Of a DNA stretch of 64,000 nucleotides, positions 38,801 through 53,800 are shown piece by piece. The position numbers were made by a program, and so were the translations under genes. Source of the stretch: Perna viridis. Taxonomy: Eukaryota. The notes under the pieces were generated by a model. The model ran no database searches. It saw only the letters and a program-made list of their open reading frames with translations, and had not been told where the DNA came from. Location: the NCBI GenBank assembly GCA_037379345.1, contig CM074512.1, forward strand, positions 21,204,001-21,268,000, given 5' to 3'. How positions within the stretch are numbered: the stretch's first letter is position 1; each line of letters begins with the position of its first letter.

Positions 38801-41800
38801 CTTGATAAATTTGTTGGATAGAGGAATTCATTTTTAGATTTACTTTGTATTTGAATCATGAAGTGCAAACCGTTATTGATGATGTCACAGTACAAATCCT
38901 GATTATACAAAATAACAAGGGTTGTCTGAAAACACTAATTCCACCTCCCAAAGGCTTCAATGCTGACAACACAATTGTCAATGGTTCCCCTAACTTAAAC
39001 CTAAAGAAGACCATATATCAGCATGATTTTACATGTGTCAGCTTATAATCCTCAAAATGGAATAGGGGTTGGCAGACTTGGAGTGAAACACTGGTCACCA
39101 GAAGTGAAGGATCCATAAATAGAATCCCAGTGTTTTCTCAAAACAGAGGGTATACACTGCACTTGGAAATCATAGAGATGAAGCTTGACAGCACAAGAAG
39201 ATAAGTGTACTAATAAAATGTACAAAAATGGCTTTCCTTTAAGAAGCAATTTCATTTTTTGAAATAATTTTCACAGTGCCTCGAGGAACAGGTGGTAATC
39301 TTTGCATAAGACAATTTTTGTGTTGTTCCCAAGTAAGTCCCAATGCTCACTGGTTGAATTGGTGGTATGTGACCTTAAAGGTCACCAACCTATCAGAAAC
39401 CTTGTTACAAATCATTCACAAAATTTACCTCTCCCCAAAACTGTTGACAAGGCATCCAAGCTTCCATGTCCACCTTTCTGTAAGCTGGAGCACCTAATTC
39501 TTGTGTTGGCATTTCTAGAACCCTGAAATTCAGATGAAATAAGCATTCTGAGAGTATTGCATTGCAATACAAAGTCTCCTACAGAAAGAAAATTCTGTTG
39601 AAGAGAAAAGAATGCAAACTTTGTACAAAAAAGTGCAGAAGACCTTAAGTCTGCATTAATTTTTCAAGTCCAAGGGACATAGTACAGCAAAAAATCAATA
39701 GACCAGAACAATATTTAATCTTGAACTGTAACGAGGTAAAGTGATGTAACAAATGTCAAATGAATATCTGCAAGCATGACAAAAAAAGTAATATTGAGTT
39801 ACTGCAAGAATTTTCTAAGTCCAAGGGTCAATATTCGAACCTGTACTGTAACTTGCCATGGTTAAATGTTGTATAAAGTATCAATTGAATATCTACCAGC
39901 ATGACAAAAAGAAGTCTGAAAAAACTGAGTTATTGCCAGTATTTTCTATGCCCAAGGGATCAATGGATCGGAACAATATTTGAATTTGATCTCTAAGCAA
40001 TGTACCAAATATCAAATAGATATCTGCAAGCATGATGAACACACATGCAACATGAAAGATGTTGGCTTAGTGTTAAATAGTACCATTATGCAAAATCTTG
40101 CAAAACATAAGCTAAAAATATTACATGTTAGATACAGACTTTATTACTATATTCATCATTAATTTGTGACATTTTCGTTTGATGAACAGCACACTGACCC
40201 GGATACAAAAAATAACAAGTCAATTTAAAACCAAGCATGTGTGAAAAATCGTAACATCATACTAGAGTTGAATGACATTGGCTCATCCCGACAAAATAGG
40301 TCATTTGAATTGAAGTGTTCTTTTTCATGGTCAAAATATTTATTTTTATATTATTTTTTAACATACTAAAAATGAAAATGAAATATTACCTATAAAGGAG
40401 TAGATTTCGGAAAATATCAAAAACAGTCCTAAAACTACAGCAGATGAAAATAAATCAAAATTAGAAAATTTACCACAATTGTGTTACAATAGCGTATTTC
40501 ATGAGACATTTCTATGTAGAAAATATAGATCATATTTGTCAAACTCTTTGATATGTATACAAAAAGTCTAAATTTTGACACAACAGGTTATATTTTCTGT
40601 ATATCAGTATTCAGATAGTGTTTTAACTTTAAAGTATAGGAAAATTGAAAATTGAAAATATTAAGATGAAACTTCGGTAAAATAGTAGACCTGAAATTAG
40701 TGTTAGTGAATTTACTCCTTATCGATAAACAGAATATTAGGCAATTATTTTTTTTATACTGGCTTTCTCACAAGAAATCTTAGGCTCGCCTTAATGGGCT
40801 TGACCTGAGATACCCATGGCAAAGCCTGTATCAAGAAACAAATGCCTTATATTCTGTATTATCAATAATCTCTATTACAATAAGTTATCTATACTTTGAC
40901 AGTATAATGAGTATATACTTATCCTAAACTAATTCACTAGTCAAAGGACCAAGTAGGTTGTTTAATTAATAAGCTCTATCAAATAAGACAAATATAAGAA
41001 AAACAATTCAATATGTTCTTGCTAATAATCTGAAAAGTAAAATAGCCTTACTGCATTTTAAATCCTGACAGACATGAAAACAGAGGTAATTAGAACACAG
41101 AACAAGGGACAAATAAATTGAAATAGATATTCAATCCCTATTTGAAGGTTCAAGTGTCATGGTGGCAAGAACCATATCAAGCAAACAACATCCTGTCATC
41201 CTTTTATTGTTTAATTAAATGTGTATGAATTGTTTATTATCTTTAAATAGCCCCTAGGAAACATATCTACTGAAAATAATGTCCATAACTAGATTATATG
41301 AACAATGTCTGGTATACTCATGTTATTCCATCTTTCAACTGATAAACTTTGTCATTTTAGTAGCACTGAATGCAAATATGTGTAAGCAAAAAACTAGATG
41401 CTCACAAAATTTTCACTTTACGTCTAGAATAAGAAAAGTTTTGGTTTGTTGAAAATTTATTAGAAATGTGGTTTTAAAAAATTTTATGGACACAAACCAA
41501 AAAAAGTACCTAACAAAAGATCCTTTCTTCCTCCAACTACGAAAAATTGATTCCCACCAAAATAAATGAAACCACAGTAACTTCCAAAAATTAGATATTA
41601 CATTATCTTCACTCTTTTGAGCATTGACCAGATAATAAAATTTTATACTTCAACCTTTTTCCACAAAGATTGGGTAAAATATGAACCAGCTGAAAAACAG
41701 GACTAGCCTACCCATAAAATGTTCTTGTTCTTGTAAAACATTTCAATGTACCTAAAATGTATCCCTAAATCAGTAAATAGTTCTTTCTGTATTTCCATGA

Positions 41801-44800
41801 ATTCTTCCATCAGGTTTTCACTTTCTTCGAGAAATCCCCTTGTTACACCAAACATTTCAACCTAATAAGTAAAAAATGATAATGATGATAAACCAGAAAA
41901 TATGTGTTAGTGGTTTATGCTAAATAGCAACCTTAAAAAAATATTTTATTAGTAAGTGTATCAGATTGAACAGGTTGAGAGTTCTACTATATAAGGACAT
42001 TGTATACATGTACATGTAATAATGATGAATCAGAATGAACTACCAATCAATCAATGAAATACCTTGCATAGGTCATGACTGCCCATTTACTATAAGTTAT
42101 CACACATGTTTAAATGAACTTCTTATATACATTTTTAATTGATCTCGCTATCTAAAAACTTTCATTACTGTCTTCTTTTTAACTTAGAATATAAAATGTG
42201 CAGTGTAAAGTAGTATTTCCATGAACTGATTGGTTGACAGTATATTTTGTAGTTGATAACAAGCATTAGAAATTTCATTTAAATACATGATCGAATATTA
42301 CTTGAAGTTATAATCATAATACTGTGAGATCAAATTTCTGTACTTTCCTAAGTGTGCATGGAATCGATAAAATATGACACAAACCATTTATTTTTTTGAA
42401 AAAAGTAGAATTGGAACTTAAACATACATGGAAAAAGGTAAAAAAAATTTTGAACATTTACACATAGACAAATGTTAGTAGAGTTATGGTAATAAACAGT
42501 AGTAATTGTAGCATTTCAGTATTTGACAATATGTGAGTGTGAGTACTGATGACTTGTAGTCCAAAAACAGGAATCCACATTTTTTGATAATTAAGTCTCT
42601 TAACTCCAAAACGTAAAATCAGAAATTCATAAAAATTGATAGGGACTTACATCAATAGAAAGAAACAATTCAATTACATTTCATGAAATTGGTGGTATCA
42701 TTTTTAAGTGATAATGAGAAGTGTGAATGAAATACCATTATATGTCACGCCTAGAAAAACAGCCATATAAAAAGTGAAAATATATATTTGCTTTAAATAA
42801 AATTTACTAAATCCACAGAGGAGAAAATTTAATAGATCCTGTGTATCCATAGAAAACAGAATAACCTTGTGTACACAGCACAGGAATTCAGAAACTTGCC
42901 TTTCAAAAAAACAGAGAAAACTATATTTGAAAGTAATTTCCAATCTACATAATTATGTGTTATACCTAGATTATAACTATCCAAAAGATAATTACATGTT
43001 CTTGGAAAAAAAAAAAACTGAAGCTTATTTTTTAATGATTTTTCAAATATAAAAAAAAAAACATGCCTTTATCTTTTCATGTAACATAAACTCTAAGGGA
43101 TAAAGCATATCAGATAGCATTCTAATGAAATATTTCTGTTTCATAATAAACATTACAGGGACAGTGTTTTATAAAGTTTTACAGAAACAATGGTTGACAC
43201 AGTATCAATCAATGGTAGAAATGGTGTTCTCTTAAGCAATCATAATCCTATATATAGTTGACATAACTGGTCTAGAGGCTGATATAGTGACAGGTAAACA
43301 TGGTATTAAGTTTGTTAAATTAAAATGTTTGTTTTATTTCAGTATAACAGAATTAAGCAACTTGACTACATTTATTATATTAGGTTTTTGTTAATATTTT
43401 GATCTTTTTCGTATTTCTGGATTTTACCTTTTACTCTGTTTCAATTTTGAAAGTTCCCTATTCACGTATGTTAATTCAGAGTAAAGATTTAAAACTTTTT
43501 CCTCTGATAATATTAAGCAGATTCTATAAGCAGATGAATTACATGAATAACACTGTTTTAAAACTCATTTTAGGCAGCTCCTTCTGTGATGCTGAATAGG
43601 CTAAGAAAGAAACACTCATCTGGAAATGTAGGTCAGTATATGCACATCACCTTGTATTCCTATATTTTTGTAAGTGGCAGTCTTTATGAAAATCAGACAG
43701 AAGGTGATTCATGTATGTCAAAAATCCACCAAATTCTATCTTTTCTCTTGTTCAGAAATTTGAGATAAAAATTATATAGATTGTACATGAAATTGACACT
43801 TTGCAAGCGTTATCAGTTTTGATTTGGTTACATTTGTTTGGTTTTAGTGGTAGATAAATGTATGATTTTTTAAAAAGTGCAGAGCTGAATGCAGAAATGA
43901 TTAATGTTATGTGAAAATATAGCACATATAGACTGAAAATGCATTGTTTGTTAGATGGGTATTTCTACATCATGAATCACTTTACTATTGGCAGTGCCTG
44001 AATTTTATATGGACAGGTACCTAATAAGATTGAAACAAAGCAAAACCAAACTATGTAGCCTACAATGAAATGTGCTTAAGTTCAGAGACATTTTGATTTC
44101 TGACTATACATGTATGTACATTTTGATTTCTGACTATACATGTATGTACATTTGTACTAAAGAGGAAATAAAGGAGAAATTATTTGAGAAATGTCGACCA
44201 TTTACTCTATTTCCGCTAGAAAAAGAGGGGTTAATTATTTTCAATACATCCTTTTTGATTGATTAAAATATATGAATAATTAAATTGTCCCCTTTTTCTA
44301 AGTGATCATCAGTACTACAACCACAAGACCAACTATTCATTCACAACCTCTTTTTCATCACGTAAAAATTTGGAAACATTTGAAGTAGTCATATTTGACC
44401 GTTTCTGGCTAAATGATGGGAAGAACAAGAATTTTTACAGTGAAAAGAAATAAGACTTTATTTTGTATCAGCCTCTGTAATGTCTAATTCTAGTAAACAT
44501 CTCAGATGTTAATTGTGGCTGAACAAGAAGAAGAGTCTTGCAGTATAAGCTGAGAACTGCCACTGAATGCTGTGATGAGGCTTACCAAAGTGGATAAAGT
44601 GACATACAACTGGAAATGTATCAATAAATGGGTATCACTGGTCTCTGCTTATATTATTTCGGAATAAAAAATGATTCTGGATATAGTTTTGATTATGAGG
44701 AATTGTAATGGTCCTGTGATTTTTTACTTTGGATGTTGGGGCATTTTAGAGCTTGCTTTACATTGTGTTACACTTGTCAAAGACCTTATGGTGACCTAGG

Positions 44801-47800
44801 ATTTTACTGTTGTGGATTTAAGTTACACCCTGCTGCATCTTTTGGGTTTCACCATATTCATTCTGTTTTTTCAAGTATATCTGATCCAAAAATTTCCTGT
44901 TGAACATTTTCTTCAGTTCTGACAGATTGTTGAATGTGAATAGAAACTTTGAACATATTAAGTTTAACAGATTATGGGTTTAATCAGTGTCTAATTTTGA
45001 CTGATTGCCTGAATATAGCTGAAATACTGCTGCTCGGGCATTAAACCCTAACAATCAATCAATTTTGACCATTTTGTTATCACCAAATTATAAACTCAAA
45101 TTCCTGGAAAAAAATTATATAGATTGTACAAGAAATCAGCACAATGAAAGAGTTATTGTCCTTGATTTGATTGATTTAAATGGGAGATGAATGTATGGTC
45201 TATTCATAATACAGATCAGAACACAGAAAGGACAATAGTTACATACAAATTATGGTGTCAATACAGCATCCTTTGTTTGTTGTTCTTGTATCACCTATAC
45301 CATAGACAATATGAACTTTAAATAGATTTGTATTGGTAATCAAATACTGACTGACTTAGAGCAACAGTTAACAATAGCTGAAAAGACTCATACCTTGGTC
45401 AAAACATCAACAATGTACTCACACATTGAACAAAACACCAACACATATAGTCACATCTTGTACAAAGTACCAATGATGTATTCATTCTGTTTTTAAAGCA
45501 TCAACAATGTAGTTACATTAACAGTGTCATAAAAAATACATAAAACTATATGAAATATCTCCAGGCAGTTGACTTGCCAATGTACACAGTACACTTCATT
45601 ATGTCTTCATTGAAGGTTTGTCATGTTGAAACAAAATTTAAGAAACTCGAAACCTATATGTAAAGAGACCATTTGCAGATCATTACTGGTAAGTATTTAA
45701 AAAATTGCTAAAAATGTAGAAGGCCCGTTGATGTCTGAAAATACACTTAAAGTGGAAAAGTACAGAACCAATGTCAACACTACATGGAATATGTTGCAAA
45801 AGGACTTAAAATCAAGGGACAAATTACCTATCAAATAGAGTATGACAAAAATCCCACTGAAATGAGGTCAAAACCCCCCTAATTTCATAGTTGAAAGGTC
45901 TACTCTGTTATATGTATGGTCAATATATAGCTCTTTGTTACCATGATCCTTGGGAATTTTATGTTTGCATTCTATTATTTTTATTTTTTTATTCATGAAA
46001 TGAGTTTTGAAATAGCTCTCCCAAATCTATGTATGTATGCAGGTAAAGACTAAACTTATTTTTTATTTTTATTAACTTTAATGATACCTATGTAGTAGAC
46101 AGATGCTCAAATAAGTCTTGTAAAAAATAAAGTCAGTCATGAAAGTGTTAAATGAGTGGAAATAGACCTGCTGGTGGATATTTCCTCCAAGTTTGGACAA
46201 TGAAAAAGTTAACGTAATAGTTTTTTCAGTAAAAAACACAGCACATATGAAATGCTTCCAGCAAGGCCCACCTAATACAACCGTAAAGGTTGAACAGTAA
46301 ACAGTTGGGACAATTATTGACGCAGCATTCTAACTTGACACAGCTATGAATTTAAAATGTGATTAAAGTTCTACATAGGACATGTATAAGCATCTGGCCT
46401 CAACGAAAATGGTCAAAGAACTTTAAATTTGCATTTCAACATAACAAATAAGATTTAAATGAAATTGAAGAAAACATTTATTTCTGACCCCATTTTGGTC
46501 CCTAATTTTTAAAATGTTAAAACCATAACCCTTCAAACCAATCAAAATCTTCATTTTGTGGTATAAAACCTTGAAATAACATTTCATAGAGATCCATATT
46601 CTTTTACAAACATTTTTTGCTCAGAAACCATAGATAAATGGTAAAAATGATAAAAATAAATTCAAGCTCTACTTTTGTGAAATGGTACATTGTGGTACAA
46701 TTTCAAACAGATCCATACACTTTTACTCAAGTTATTGTCCAGAATTCAGGGAAATGCTTGTTTGTACCCCCTACGGGCCCAAAATTCCAAAAAGATTCAA
46801 GCACATTAGAGTATAATTTCAAAGAACTCCAAATGCTTTTACTCAAGTCATTATCTGGTCATTATGAAAATACTTGTTTCTGGCCCTTTTTTGCTGATAA
46901 CTCCTAGACAGTTCAAGTTCTAATCCCAAAATTCAATTATAGCTTTCCTTTTGTAGTATGTGACCTCTTGGTACAATTTCAAGAAATTCATACATTTATA
47001 CATTTGTTCTAAAGTTATTGTTCAGATACTAAATGTCTATGAATGAGACCTCCAACACCAAATATGATGAGGTAAGAGCTATACCATTTTTTGCAGTAAT
47101 ATAAAATGTGCAAAAGTGCAGAAGATATACACTAAACTAGTATTACTATTGTGTAAGTCCAAATCTCTGGATACTTGTCTTAACCAAGCCATGTTTAAGG
47201 GGTTAAGTATTGACGAGTATTTCACTATATGTCTACTTTATGAAAAATACATACCAAACCAATCTAGAATTAATACTCACCTTTGTGAACTGATGAACTC
47301 TGTAAATTCCTTTTTCACCTTCAACAATTGATGTTTCAGCACGATAACATCGACTTACTGCACACATTCTTCAATGAAATCAAATGAAAGTAATAAGATG
47401 TATTTTATAGTTTTAAGTACAAGTGTTTGTAGGAATCTGACAATGTTGGACAAATATAAAACATGCATGTAAAAACTCACTGATCTGACAAGTTACTTTC
47501 ACCAAAGGAAGCCTTCTATTTTTGAAATCATCACTATTTGTTCTCTGCATCACTGGAGTTCATTTGAAATATTTCATTTAAATGTAAAGCAACTAAAGTT
47601 TTTGACAGAGTTATCCCCCTTAGAAATGTTCAATTGCAATCCATTTTAATGAAATTACAACTCATTTTACAAAAATGATATGGACAATTTAAACCTTTAT
47701 TTTGATGGTACAAATTGTCAAATTATATTGTTGATATGGTGATTTATATCATGTTTCAGCCTCTGTCTGATTCTTAGTGACATTTATAGTGTATTTGATT

Positions 47801-50800
47801 CTACATGATACTTATATTAGAAATAATAAAAATGTTTTATCTAAAAAGGAAATCCCAAAAGTATCATCTGCTGAAACTAAGAGCCAAGTACTTTAAAAAA
47901 AAAATCTTTGAACACTTACTTCTTTGGTAGATCATCTACTTCTAAAACATCATTCACAAAGTAACCTGCAGATCATAAAATCTACATCAAATGTTTATAA
48001 AATAACAACTCCTTCAACTTTTAGAAAAATAAATTGTGCAAGTATTAAACACCAAATAAATATCTAACAACATTTTCTCACAAGGAGGAAATGACTTATG
48101 TTTTCATTAGTTTATGTAATCATCTATGATGTACAGTTATAACTAAAATGTCTAAATAGAACTTCTATCAGACTAAAAAATTTGTTTGGTTTATATGGGT
48201 ATTTGATTAAGGCAAGTGTTTGGTTTAGATGGGTATTTGATTAAGGCAGGTGTTTGGTTTAGATGGGTAAATGATTACGGCAGTTGTTTGGTTTAGATGG
48301 GTATTTGATTAAGGCAAGTGTTTGGTTTAGATGGGTATTTGATTAAGGCAGGTGTTTGGTTACACAGGTGTTTGATTAAGACAGGTGTTTGGTTTAGATG
48401 GGTATTTGATTAAGGCAAGTGTTTGGTTTAGATGGGTATTTGATTAAGGCAGGTGTTTGGTTTAGATGGGTATTTGATTAAGGCAGGTGTTTGGTTTAGA
48501 TGGGTATTTGATTAAGGCAAGTGTTTGGTTTAGATGGGTATTTGATTAAGGCAGGTGTTTGGTTTAGATGGGTATTTGATTAAGGCAGGTGTTTGGTTTA
48601 GATGGGTATTTGATTAAGGCAAGTGTTTGGTTTAGATGGGTATTTGATTAAGGCAGGTGTTTGGTTACACAGGTGTTTGATTAAGACAGGTGTTTGGTTT
48701 AGATGGGTATTTGATTAAGGCAAGTGTTTGGTTTAGATGGGTATTTGATTAAGGCAGGTGTTTGGTTTAGATGGGTATTTGATTAAGGCAGGTGTTTGGT
48801 TTAGATGGGTATTTGATTAAGATAGGTGTTTGTTTACACATGTGTTTGGTTTAGTTGGGTATTTGATTCAGGCACATGTTTGTTTACACATGTTTGATTA
48901 AGACAGGTGTTTGGTTAATGTAGGTTCAAACTGCATTGAAACTGATTCAAAGGAACTTCAGATGTGACAGGGTTTTGTTTACTCATGGTTTCATTAAGAC
49001 AGATTTTACTTTACTGCTGTGACAATTTTCCTGTTGATACATACCAGAATGGTAGAAAAATGTCACTTATGTAATACTGTATATACCTGCTAAAGGAATT
49101 TCAGCAGTTCCAGCTAAACATAAATTCTTTTGATCTAATTTATAGACTTGAGTCTTGTTTCCAGTTGTTTTAAAACCACATCCTTCCTAAAATTAAAGAA
49201 AATGGTAAGTCCACATGATAGAATAGAGCAAGAAATGAAGACACATGTATAAAATTAAATCATAAATACCAATTGGAAAACATTACAAATGGTGAGGGCT
49301 TTCTAGTAGGTTTAAACTAGTCTGGAGCTGGTATGTCAGTTAACTGCAATTAGTCTTTTGTGCATTTGTGTAACATATTGTCAAGTTTATTTCTTTTCAG
49401 GAAAGTTTAATTGTATAGTATTTTTCCATTGTGGCCAGATATAAAAAGGGGAAGGGTTGTGATTATGCCAAAGTACTTTAACCCCACAGGATTTTTTGTG
49501 CCTATCCCAAGTCAGAAATTTCTATCCTCTGAATGTAGTGTTTTGTTTTCACTTCCAGATTACTTTTATGTTGCTGGAGTATATGGGGGCAACTATTTCG
49601 CTGTACCTGTGTATAATGTTATTTATGGGCCAGCTGTAGCTTGTCCTGTGGTGTGAGGACTTCTTGTCATTCATTGAAGACCCATGGGTGGCCTTGAGCT
49701 GACAATTTTCACTGTGGTGGAGTTGTTGCCTCTTTGACATATTCACTATATCCATTCTTGTTATATAGTTTTAAGTTAACCATAAATGTCAACCATAAAT
49801 ACCATTTGAAAACATTGCACAAAAAGTCAACCATCAATACCATTCCGAAAACATTGTATAAAGTCATACATAAATACCACTTGGAAAACATTGTATAAAT
49901 GCCTCACATGGTGCAGCTTAATATGACTGCAGAGGTTGAACCCTGAACAGTTGGGGCAAGTATTGACATACAATTTTGATTATGATTTGATATTTTACAC
50001 AGTATAAGAATTTGACAAGAGTTATAGTTGTTATATTTTGGCTCTATTTCTAAATCCCAAAAATCAATCCAAACCTTCCTTTGGGCCAAGTTTAGAGTAT
50101 GGCACTTGTAGTGCAATTTCAAACCTATTCATTACCTTTTACTCAAATTATTAGGAGTGTAACAATACCACTTGTATAAAAGTCAACCATAAATACCACT
50201 TGGAAAACATTGTATAAAAGTCATAAATACCATTTGGACAACCCTATTCTAAAAACTTCAATCCCCAACTAATTGGTTGTTAATTTAGCTATGGGCCAAA
50301 GGCATAAATGCTAAGAGGTACTTCTGGCATGGAATCTCCCATAGTTAAATATATATCATCTAAAACAATTTTATTTCTATCTGCTTTTGATTTGCAAAAT
50401 ATTCAAACTGGTAGTATACAATCTATTTGTACATTGTAAACTATTTTACAAATTGATTCATAACTTACTATAATTGCAGGATGAATAATATCTGGTACAG
50501 ATACAATACAAAATCCTTTTGCCGACAAGGATTCTAGTGTGTATTGTACTAAAACCTGCTCTAGTTGAGCTAAATCTCCTAAAAAACATGATGTAGATGT
50601 CCCTGTTGTCAGATTTACATTCCTGTAAAAAAGTAACTAAAGAGTCTCTCTCAATCTAATTTTCATAAAGAATCTAGTATCTATAATTGTCAGTTTTTAG
50701 GTATTGGAATTACATGAAAAAGAACAAAAACAAAACAACACCTTGATTTGTAAATTTTATGTATTAAAGTCTTTCCTTTTGCCAGTATTTTAAAATATAT

Positions 50801-53800
50801 TTATTTTTTAACATACCATAGCACAAAAAAGAGGTTGTACATTACAACTAAATAGAATATTTGTCTTACAGTAGTTGATTGTAAGGAGAATGAATGTTTG
50901 TTACAAAATCTGGGTCTGTACATCAAACTTAACTGGACTGGTGGTTAAAATAAGTGAATGACTGATTCCCTATAAGGTATGAAAAAACTTTCCTATTTTT
51001 CATTCTGGAAAGTTAAATTGCATGAGTATGTGTGGAAAATTCCACACAAAAAAAAGTTAAGTTGACTACCCAAAATAATTACCTGCATTCATAAAGGAAA
51101 TAAAAGGATGAAATTTTTTTCTTCATCTTTGATCCATATGAAAGAATAATAGGATAATTAATTGGAAGAGAAGAACGCCTAGATTTAAAGAGTGTGGAGA
51201 ACTTGTTCCGCACACAAGTTAAATTCTCAAGCCTTCTTGGCATGAGTGATCATATTTTGGTTATGCGCAATAACCAATTGATTATCCTATTTATTATATA
51301 GATTTTCTTCATAATTCATAATTTATCGATATATTCAACATGAATTTCTTTGATTGGCGTATTGATATCTATGTTGTGACGTTTTGGCGGGAGAAAGTCC
51401 GAGAGTGAAATTACCAAATTTATTTCACAATGTGAACTATTGAAATTTATTACACCGGGAAAATTTGATAAAACACTGCTTTCTATATAACAATGAATTT
51501 TAATCCACAATTACTTAGTGCTTACTTGGTTCTGAGAATTCCTAGATTGTTTCCAAGGTCAGTGACAGATTTTGGCTTGAAAGAAAACTCTGAAAACAAT
51601 TTATCAATTATACATCAAATTTATCACTTTTTGAAAATAAAATGTTTAAAAACAAGCATTTGGGCAGTTTGAAAAAACAGATAATTCTTACATCACAGAA
51701 ATATCATAGGACGTGTCATGATTTATATTCCCAAATGTCTAGCACACTTAAGTTAACTCAATCTGGAATCAAAATGTAAGTATAAAAACTGCAGGTATGT
51801 AGATGAGGTCATGTGACCATTCTAACAGTACTTTGTACAAAAACAAAACAAAACAAGTTATATTGATCTTGGCTTAGAACTAAATGGTCAAATGACAAAA
51901 TGGCATCTATACTAAATCCCTAGTTTTATAACATGTGACTAGATCTAAAAGAAAGATTCTTTTACACAAACCTGTACTTGAGGCATGTCATTGTCTAGTG
52001 ACTGTACAGGAAAACAAAATCTATATTCCCATAATTTACATGTGGGTTATAGGTTTTACCCTGTCAATAACATTTTATAGTTATATTACAAACCTTTCTT
52101 TTTTCCACAAGTTGTAAGAAGTCTAGCTTCACATTCATCTCCTATTGGCTGGAATGAAATAGAGAATGTATTAAGTTTGAGACATTTAGTTAATATTTTC
52201 CCCAAATACATCTATTAATGGTGAGTTATCTCCCTTTATACAGCCTGCACATTACAACTATAATGCATGTTGTTATCTAGAAATTTTATATACAACTACC
52301 AGTCAGACTATTAAGAGAACAAAACAATGTATGAATAAAAAGGACCAGTTTTCAAGCTGAAGACACTTACATATTTCTACTTTTCCCCTTAGGTTCATAT
52401 GGATTTATACTGACATTATCAACAATCACTAAAGGGAACCACTCAAAATGATTAGAATGCAATTTGGCACTCCATTTATATTTTTTAGAGTTAGAAGTGA
52501 TTAGCTTCAAATTATTATGAAAAAACAAATAATCACTTCTCTTGAGACCATCTATGAAAACCTAACATGTTACGATAAAAAATATGAATCAATTTCCAAT
52601 ATCTCAAGTGATTTTAAAGCTCTACATTAAATTTTGTCACCCTAAGCTTTCTATAATGTGGCAGAAAATATGGTCAGACGACACTGATAGTTTACAGGTG
52701 AACTTCTGACATCAGAAGTATTCATCAATAGTACTTACTGTTACGGGTGAAGTTCTGACATCACAGGTATGTACCATTAGAACTAATCCTTACAAGTGAA
52801 TTTATGACAGCACAGATAGAACTTACTGTATACAGGTAAGTTTCTGGCATCACAGGTATCTATTGACAGAACTTCCTGTTACAGGTGAACTTCTGACATC
52901 ACAGGTATGCACTGATAGAACTTGATGTTGCATGTAAACTTCTGACCTCACAGGTATACACTGCTAGAACTTACTGTTTACAGGTAAACTTCTGACATCA
53001 CAGGTATTCACCCATAGAACTTACTGAAACATGTAAATTTCTGACATCACAGGTATGCACTGATTGAACTTTCTGTTAAATGTAAACTTCTGACATCTCA
53101 GGTATACACCAATAAAACTTACCGTTACAGGTGAACTGACATCACAGGTATGCATCGATAGATTAACTGTTACAGGTAAACTTCTGACATCACAGGAATT
53201 CACCAATAGTACTTACTGTTACAGGTTAACTTCTGACTTTACAGGTATGCACTGATTGAACTTACTGTTTCAGGTGAACTTCTGTTAGGAATTTCAGCAG
53301 CTAACTGGTCTAACAATACTTTCATTTCAGATTTCTTAATTTCCTACCATATGAAAATGAAATTATTTCTAATGTCTATGAAAGCATAAAAATGACACTC
53401 CATCAATTAATTCAAGTTATAATCCATAAAATTATTGTAAATATATGGCTTTTAAGGAATTATTGTATGACAGACAGATTAAACATATATACATTCAAAT
53501 TAGACATGTCACAATTAATTTACATATCTAGTTGTCTATAGGATCTGAAAATCTCATTCTAAATTCCATTTACAGTAAAATTTTATGTAAAGAGAAGGTG
53601 AGCATTATCTCATATTTTGAACCATAAACATTAGAAACAATAATGAACATGTCTTTGCCATCTAGAATCTTTACACTTACATTTGTCTCTCTTTGGTATT
53701 CCTCCCAGACTCCTTGCTGAAAAGTAAAGATAAGATATATACTAGCAATGTAGTGGTATACAAAGTTACATGTGAGTATATTGATTTAGGCAATTCTTGG

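Noticed and set aside
44572-44645. Intronic C/D snoRNA (TGATGA)
   Set aside because: No matching terminal CTGA box or stem, and it is antisense to the host gene.
47281-47299. 19-nt micro-exon (tttacag|A GTT CAT CAG TTC ACA AAG)
   Set aside because: The apparent acceptor is coding sequence (GIYR); the exon extends to 47368 and supplies motif 2.
52371-52430. Extra SARS2 exon ending at a gtaagt donor
   Set aside because: Exon 4 joins exon 5 directly in frame (SPET|PIGDE) as in homologues, and this stretch shows no SerRS similarity.
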